Shown: positions 58,150 to 64,000 of the stretch, piece by piece | Numbering within the stretch: position 1 is the first letter of the stretch | How the letters are laid out: each line of letters opens with the position of its first letter | NCBI GenBank assembly: GCA_049322355.1 | Contig: JBMORG010000011.1 | Coordinates: 186,597 to 250,596, forward strand | Length of the DNA: 64,000 nucleotides | DNA from: Thermodesulfobacteriota bacterium | Lineage (GTDB): Bacteria > Desulfobacterota > Desulfobaccia > Desulfobaccales > 0-14-0-80-60-11 | Reading direction: 5' to 3' | Notes under the pieces: model-generated | The model's input: only the letters and a program-made list of their open reading frames with translations | Database searches by the model: none | Told to the model about the DNA's origin: nothing | Program-made: the position numbers and the translations under genes

Positions 58150-59490
58150 CTAACTGGTTTTCAAGGACCCGGTCCAGGTTTCGAACACAGGGAAGGGATT
58201 CCCCCGCTCCCCGGCCCGGTAGAAGATGACGTAAGTCATGTTCTTCCAGGGGATGAAAGAATTGTCCTGGGTGGACTTAAAGTAGCGGCCCCGCCAGGTG
58301 CCGGTATTGAGGTAGATCTGTTCCAAAGGATAAGTAGTGGCAGGGGTGCTGCGGATCGCTGACACCAGAGGATCATGGGTATGCCCATAGACTACATACC
58401 GGGTCCTGGGGTCCAGGTGGATAAATTCCTTGGGAGCGGCTTCCAGAAGATCGTCTTTGATAAAATAATCCTTGGCTTTTATGATCATTTCCCATAATTT
58501 TTCGGTGCGATCGAGCCTGAAATTCCGCAAAAGGAAAAGAAAGGCCTGGATTTTATCGGCCTCGTCCCGCCAGTCGGTCCACTTATCATGCCGGGCATAC
58601 CAGCCCTTCACAAAATCAAGACTGTCGAAATAGCCGATAACCTCTTCGACCGTGTCCTCGATAATCTCTTTCAGGGTTCGGGTCTGCTGTACCTGATAGA
58701 GGAGCCACTCCACAACCGACGACAGGGGCCGGACATTTTCGATCTCCTGGAAATTTCTTTTGATGTTTACTTTTTCCTCGGGAGTAAGCCAGGTGACGCC
58801 TTCCAGGCGCCTTCCCAGGGCATAGGGCAAGCGGGTCACCAGTTCCGTGGTGATGGGGTCGCCGATGGGGACTCGCTGGTAATCTTCCCGGGAATAAGCG
58901 GTCCCCCCTTCATAATTATACTTGTCATACTCATGGCCGTGGCGGGCAAAGACCCCATAGGCCAAGTCCTCATAGGTATGGGGAAATGGGTCCCGGGGAT
59001 CATGCCATTCGGGCGAGATACCCAGACAGTCGCAAACTTTTCGCCTCAGGCTGACATACCGGTTGACCAAGCGGTCATGGTTGCCGGGGAGGTAGAAAAG
59101 TCGGGCTTCGATATCCAGATTGCAACGGTTGGGTAAGTCGGCCAGCCACAGCCGGAATCTTTGGAAATTCCGCCATTTTTGCCCCTTTTCATCCTCATGG
59201 TTGTCATTATAGTCCACAATGGCATCAAAGACGGTCTGGGCGTGGACCTCGATGGCATGTTCATTCGTCCCCCAGGGTCTTTCGTCCACCGGGTAACCGA
59301 ACCAGCTTTCGGTGCGCAAGAGATCAAATATATCCCCCAGCAGGACTATCTTGATTTCCTTTATTTCATTGCTGGGTTTGGTGGCGATGGCTACCAGATC
59401 ATCGAAAAAATACTCCAAAGCCCGGTAGGAGAGATTGTGCTCTCCAGCGGAACCATCTACAAAATGTAGGTCACTGATGAATACGAGCAT
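58150..59490 (-). CDS. Calcineurin-like metallophosphoesterase
   Basis: ISDLH, LGDIFD, PGNHD, HGH, YGHTH, NTGTW. Confidence 0.85.
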   Translation of the reverse strand: MLVFISDLHFVDGSAGEHNLSYRALEYFFDDLVAIATKPSNEIKEIKIVLLGDIFDLLRTESWFGYPVDERPWGTNEHAIEVHAQTVFDAIVDYNDNHEDEKGQKWRNFQRFRLWLADLPNRCNLDIEARLFYLPGNHDRLVNRYVSLRRKVCDCLGISPEWHDPRDPFPHTYEDLAYGVFARHGHEYDKYNYEGGTAYSREDYQRVPIGDPITTELVTRLPYALGRRLEGVTWLTPEEKVNIKRNFQEIENVRPLSSVVEWLLYQVQQTRTLKEIIEDTVEEVIGYFDSLDFVKGWYARHDKWTDWRDEADKIQAFLFLLRNFRLDRTEKLWEMIIKAKDYFIKDDLLEAAPKEFIHLDPRTRYVVYGHTHDPLVSAIRSTPATTYPLEQIYLNTGTWRGRYFKSTQDNSFIPWKNMTYVIFYRAGERGNPFPVFETWTGSLKTS

Positions 59491-59731
59491 CTGGCCGCCC
59501 TCCAGTACGTGTATATTTTTTCAGATTTATCTATTAATTAGACAAATTACTGATAATGTCAATGTAAGTTTTTTAAATTTAATATTTTCAACAAAAAATA
59601 GTAGCTTCCTCTTTATTGTGCTGAGCATTAACACCATTTTTATTTTTATTTTCTTATGGCATTTAATCCCCTCACGTCCTTGGGGATGGGGAGAGGAAAT
59701 AACTGATTACGGTAAATCCAGGGAGGAAAAG

Positions 59732-60706
59732 TTAACTGCGGGCCAGGTTAATGAAATCTTCCTGCTGGGTCAGGCGGCCAATTTCGGCCAGGAGATTACG
59801 TAATTCCTGGGCATCCTGAAATTTGATTTCCAGGCGAAAATCAGGGCCTTCAAACGCCGCAGGAGGATGCAGGTGAATCCGGGAATTGCGTTTCCACCCC
59901 AACTTCCTCAGGGCAGTTTCGAAGGTTTCCCGGGCGGCGTTCAGACGGGGTTGGAGCCACCGGGACAACTGCCGCCGCACCGCTGCCGTGCGCTCCTGAG
60001 AGGTGCGGTCCGACTCCATCAGGGCAGACTGGATTTCTTCCCGGGCCAGAACGGCTGCAGGGGTAAGTCCCTCTCGAAGAGCCAGGATCGCCACCTGTTC
60101 CAAAAATTCTTCCTGCTTGCTCTGGCTCAGCCTCAAACTTTCCAGAAAAGGCCATGCCGCGGCCCGGTCGTTAGGGTCCCACTCAGCCAGCGTGGCTGCC
60201 GCAGTGAGGGCTAACCGACCCTGGGAGGCCAGCTGCGGCCAGGGGGGCTCCAGGATAGCCGCTTTGAGTAGGCGTGAAAGTATCGCGGGGGAGGGAGGAA
60301 GGCCCAGGTAAGGAAGGTATTTGGTCGTGATCGTTTCCCGGTCGCAATAATTCAGCAGCCGGGCGGCCAGGGTGGCTTGCTCCCATAAGTTGAAGCCACG
60401 GCTAAAGAAATTGTCTATGAGATGCACCAGCAGGCAGTATGAATCCGGGGTGTTCTCCGGCAGCAGGCGGGCTGTAATCTCCTGCCAACCTAAAATGGCG
60501 GCAACCCTCAAACGCCTAGCCCCGGTGACTACTTGCCAACGCTCTCCGTTGCGCTGCAGCCTCAGCCAAGGAGGGTTCAGCAGCCCCACTTTTTGGATGG
60601 AATCCTTTAGGCGGTTCAGATCGTCAACCGCCACCATCTTCGTCGCAGCCGGATCCTGATCGATTTGGGCCAGGGGAACTTCTTGAAACCGTGTGGCCGA
60701 AGTCAT
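59732..60706 (-). CDS. ParB/Srx N-terminal-domain protein, no ParA partner
   Basis: LKDSIQKVGLLNPP, VVTGARRL, R.FNLWEQA. Confidence 0.8.
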   Translation of the reverse strand: MTSATRFQEVPLAQIDQDPAATKMVAVDDLNRLKDSIQKVGLLNPPWLRLQRNGERWQVVTGARRLRVAAILGWQEITARLLPENTPDSYCLLVHLIDNFFSRGFNLWEQATLAARLLNYCDRETITTKYLPYLGLPPSPAILSRLLKAAILEPPWPQLASQGRLALTAAATLAEWDPNDRAAAWPFLESLRLSQSKQEEFLEQVAILALREGLTPAAVLAREEIQSALMESDRTSQERTAAVRRQLSRWLQPRLNAARETFETALRKLGWKRNSRIHLHPPAAFEGPDFRLEIKFQDAQELRNLLAEIGRLTQQEDFINLARS

Positions 60707-60846
60707 TTTTCTCCTTTAAACCCAAAGATTGTGGGGCTATCAGCCTAAAATGAATGTATACTGTGAGGGGGCTTCGGTCAATATGAATAGCCCCTCCAGC
60801 GGGCTTTTGAATGCCTGGTATAATAAGGGGGAGAAAGGAGAGCGTT

Positions 60847-61986
60847 ATGACGGGGCAATTTAAGGTGGTGGCCATTAACGGCTCCCCGCACGAGGGCTTC
60901 GGCAATACCTCCCAGATGTTGTCGATGTTGGCGGAAAACCTGGCGCCAGAGGGGTTGGAACTGGAAGAGATCTTTCTGAGCCAACACCAGATCGGCTTTT
61001 GCACCGGTTGCGCCACTTGCCTGGAAACAGGCGCCTGCTGGGTGCGGGACGATTACAAAAAGGTGGTCAGGTCAGTCCTGGATGCTGACGCCGTCATCTT
61101 GGCTTCCCCGGTCTATTTTTTTAATGTGACTGCCCAGATGAAAACTTTTCTGGACCGGTCCCTGGGTTACGGCCACCGCCCCCAGGGTGACTGGAAGCCG
61201 GGCCTGGCCGTAAGCGTCTCGGCCGGTTATGGCGAAACCTGGGTGGTGGATTACCTGGGCCGGGTGCTTCGGGCCTTCGGAGCCTTTCCCGTAGGAAAAT
61301 TCAATGCCATCGCTGTAGGCCCCGGTGAATTTCTGGGGCGGGAGGCGGTGGAGGCCAGGGCTGCGGACCTGGCCCGGGACCTGGCTCAGGCAGTTAAACA
61401 AGGCCGGCGTTATCCACCCACGGAGGATGATCTGAGATATTGGCAATTTATGAGCAACCTGATCAAAGAGAACCGGGATTTTATGGTGGCCGATTACGAG
61501 CACTGGCAGGAATTGGGATTGTTTAAAAGCTTTGAGGCTTATGTGGGGCAGACTCGTTCCAGACAAACCCAGGATATCCAGACAAAACTGCCTCAAGCCA
61601 AAACTCAAGAGAAAAAGGCTGTCGCGCCGGCTCTTCCCCCCAAGACCGCGTCTCCATCGGGCGGTTTCTCCACCGCCAGGGAACTCCTGGAGATGATGCC
61701 TGGAGCCTTGAATCCAGCTGCAGCGGAAGGTCTCACGGCCACTTATCAGTTTGAAGTTAGTGGAACCGAAAACTTCACCGCCCACCTGGTGATCGCAGAC
61801 CGGCAAGCCACTTTCCATGAGGGGCCTGCGGACAAACCGAACCTGATTATTAGAACCCCGGCAGAGGTGTGGCTGGCAATCTCACGGGGGGAACTGGACG
61901 GCACCCAGGCCTATCTGGGAGGGCAATTCCGGATTAAGGGGGACCTGGGCCTGTTGATTAAACTAAAAACTCTGTTTGTCAATTAA
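60847..61986 (+). CDS. Iron-sulfur flavoprotein / FMN reductase domain fused to an SCP2 lipid-binding domain
   Basis: INGSPH..GNT, CTGCATC..G.C, LASPVY..AQMKTFLDR; C-terminal YQFEVSG..AYLGGQFRIKGDLGLLIKL. Confidence 0.85.
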   Translation: MTGQFKVVAINGSPHEGFGNTSQMLSMLAENLAPEGLELEEIFLSQHQIGFCTGCATCLETGACWVRDDYKKVVRSVLDADAVILASPVYFFNVTAQMKTFLDRSLGYGHRPQGDWKPGLAVSVSAGYGETWVVDYLGRVLRAFGAFPVGKFNAIAVGPGEFLGREAVEARAADLARDLAQAVKQGRRYPPTEDDLRYWQFMSNLIKENRDFMVADYEHWQELGLFKSFEAYVGQTRSRQTQDIQTKLPQAKTQEKKAVAPALPPKTASPSGGFSTARELLEMMPGALNPAAAEGLTATYQFEVSGTENFTAHLVIADRQATFHEGPADKPNLIIRTPAEVWLAISRGELDGTQAYLGGQFRIKGDLGLLIKLKTLFVN

Positions 61987-62173
61987 TAAAAGTAATCAGC
62001 GAATATTTCTGGTAAGGGGTTTTCCGGTTGCCGTGTAATGGCAAAAGTTTTTCCATTATGGCCCCTTCTGCGTGAATCAAGGAGGGATATAAAGGGTTAG
62101 AAGTCAGCACGTGGACATAATTTTAATAATCTCTAAAACAGCACTCCTCTAACTCTTTGGCAGAGACTACCCT

Positions 62174-62617
62174 ATGACTAAGCAGGATAACTCACCTTGG
62201 AAAGACGGGGTCCACCATACCCAGGTACGGGTGCGCTTTGGGGACACGGACCCATACGGTATCGTTTATTTTGTCAGTTATTTTCGTTACATTCACCGGG
62301 CCATCGAGGAGTTTTTACGAGCTTTGGGCCTGCCCCCTCAAGAGACTTTTAAGAATGTCCGGGAAGGTTTTGGTCTCCCTATCGTGGAAGCCTGGGGCCG
62401 TTTCCGGCGTCCCAGCAAGTACGGGGACCTGCTGCGCATTGAAACCAGGATTCAGGAGATACGGTCCAAGGCGGTCCTGTTCCGCTTTGACTTCTATCCG
62501 GAAACCGGCCGGGACCTGCTGGCCGAAGGCACCGCTACCCTGGTGGCCATCGGCCAGGACTGGCGGGCCCGGGAGCTGCCGGAACGGATTAAAGCAACCT
62601 TTTCCCCGGTCACCTGA
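62174..62617 (+). CDS. Acyl-CoA thioesterase (4HBT/YbgC hotdog family)
   Basis: VRFGDTDPYGIVYF..Y, P..YGD.L. Confidence 0.88.
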   Translation: MTKQDNSPWKDGVHHTQVRVRFGDTDPYGIVYFVSYFRYIHRAIEEFLRALGLPPQETFKNVREGFGLPIVEAWGRFRRPSKYGDLLRIETRIQEIRSKAVLFRFDFYPETGRDLLAEGTATLVAIGQDWRARELPERIKATFSPVT

Positions 62618-62709
62618 CAAACGGACTCCAGGAGGCGAAAACCCTCAGCCCGGGAGCCCTTAGGCATCCCCTTGCCAAAGGTCAACCCAGTCAAAACGCC
62701 CTCCAGGAT

Positions 62710-64000
62710 TCAGCATAGATGGTGACCGTCCAGCAATCGCCGGAGGACCTTATCCAGGTCTCCTGCGAGGATGGGTTTCTCCAGACATTCCTTGACCCCT
62801 ATCTGTTGAGCCCTGGATATCTTCTCGGCTTCGCTGAAGCCGGTGGCCAAAATGATGGGCAGGTTGGGACGCAGCCGCAGCAGCTCCTCGGCCAGTTCCA
62901 AGCCGGACAGTTTGGACATACTGCTGTCGGTGACCACCAGGTCAAAGTCATCCGGATTTTTGCGAAACGCTTTCAAAGCCGAGGGGCTGTCAGTGAAGGC
63001 CGTGACCTGGTATCCCAGACGCTGGAGCAGTTTCTCCTCCAGGCGGCAAAGCTGGGCTTCGTCATCCACCAGCAGGATATGCTTCTTTTGGACCTTGGCG
63101 GTTTTTTGATCGGGCAATTCCTTGGAGGGCCGGATAGCCATTTCCCGGATCAGATCTTTGGCCCGCACTGCGGCTTGCAGCATTTCTTCTAAATTGCGGG
63201 AAACGTTGCTTTCCTTGGGCTGCTCATCCAGGGTCATTTCCGTTTGGAGGATCAAGGAAGATAGGATGTTATTGAATTCATCCATCTTGCCGCTCAACAA
63301 GGCCTCGGAAGCATTGGTTTGGTAACCAAGGCGGAACTCCCCGGTTGGCGACCGGAGCCCGGCCTCAACCTCGCGGCCCAAGACCAGGACTTGGTCCTTG
63401 CCACCGTGTCTTAGCTTGCTCCCAATAACCTCCAGATTCAGATAGCTGCCGTTCTTGTGGCGAACCTGCCAATTTTGGACCACGGCTTCGTCGGCTTGAA
63501 TTATTTTCTGAAGTTGATCTTGGGTTTCCTGGGGTTCCTGATTTAAGAGGACGTTCAGCTTTAAGGAGAGCAGTTCTTTCTGGGTGTATCCCAGGGACTT
63601 AGCCATAAAGCGGTTGGATTCAATAATCTTGGATGTGTCCGGATCGATGACTGCGACGGCTTCCGGCGCGGCCTCCAAAATAGCCCGGAACTTGCCCGCC
63701 GTTGACAAGGCATGCTCCTTGAGATAAAAGTTGCTGCCCAGGCTCACCAGGGCCAGGATCGCCAAAATGCAGGCCATCAAAATGCCGGTCAGGCGATACA
63801 CGCCGACGCGTTCGATGGGACGGAAAAAATAAACTGACCACCCGGCGTGAATAGTTCCGGTATAAGATACCAAATAACTGTGCCCCCCCAGATCCACTCT
63901 GGCCCCGTCTCCGAACTTTGCCGGGAAAATGGCGGGAAACTGCTCTTTGCCGTATTGTTCCTTCAATTCGGCCTTATCCCCCTCCACCGGCCAGAGACTC
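62710..64000 (-). CDS. 5'-partial membrane sensor: TM-PAS-degenerate HisKA-receiver, with no HATPase domain
   Basis: Frame is open to the window end; SGKMDEFNNIL in place of canonical GGIAHDFNNIL; ILLVDDE..DLVVTD..SG..KP receiver. Confidence 0.8.
   Translation of the reverse strand, partial: SLWPVEGDKAELKEQYGKEQFPAIFPAKFGDGARVDLGGHSYLVSYTGTIHAGWSVYFFRPIERVGVYRLTGILMACILAILALVSLGSNFYLKEHALSTAGKFRAILEAAPEAVAVIDPDTSKIIESNRFMAKSLGYTQKELLSLKLNVLLNQEPQETQDQLQKIIQADEAVVQNWQVRHKNGSYLNLEVIGSKLRHGGKDQVLVLGREVEAGLRSPTGEFRLGYQTNASEALLSGKMDEFNNILSSLILQTEMTLDEQPKESNVSRNLEEMLQAAVRAKDLIREMAIRPSKELPDQKTAKVQKKHILLVDDEAQLCRLEEKLLQRLGYQVTAFTDSPSALKAFRKNPDDFDLVVTDSSMSKLSGLELAEELLRLRPNLPIILATGFSEAEKISRAQQIGVKECLEKPILAGDLDKVLRRLLDGHHLC

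Noticed and set aside
59732-60706. Chromosome or plasmid partition locus
   Set aside because: No parA, no parS palindrome noticed, and no replication genes

Overview
About 64 kb of GC-rich bacterial chromosome. The gene content and order suggest a deltaproteobacterium (Desulfobacterota-like; this is an inference from the split atpZ-I-B-E + rex cluster, the DUF4416-yicC-remA-gmk block and an AtpE with a signal-like extension). Most of the window is housekeeping: EndoQ/PHP-UvrD fusion, tamAB, an AmgK/MurU-like pair, gyrA-gpsA-pfkA, metG, moaA, rtcA, queC/queE, gmk, Fo genes, rex and uvrA. Accessory content includes two tandem MNT-HEPN toxin-antitoxin pairs (the second toxin has lost its catalytic His), an AT-rich EVE-domain + PD-(D/E)XK nuclease, and a cobalamin riboswitch controlling an unknown 86-aa protein. 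Three secreted proteins at two loci share an unrecognised ~120-aa Tyr-rich module, fused to beta-propellers, a GH17 domain or a papain-like peptidase. The intergenic DNA is dense with small elements: MITE-like shells with shared terminal inverted repeats but different palindromic cargo (one nested inside another), and inverted 7/8-mer arrays that run into gene starts. One of these is an in-frame 87-bp insertion with a 7-bp direct repeat inside a signal peptide. No tRNA, rRNA, CRISPR array, transposase or prophage was seen.
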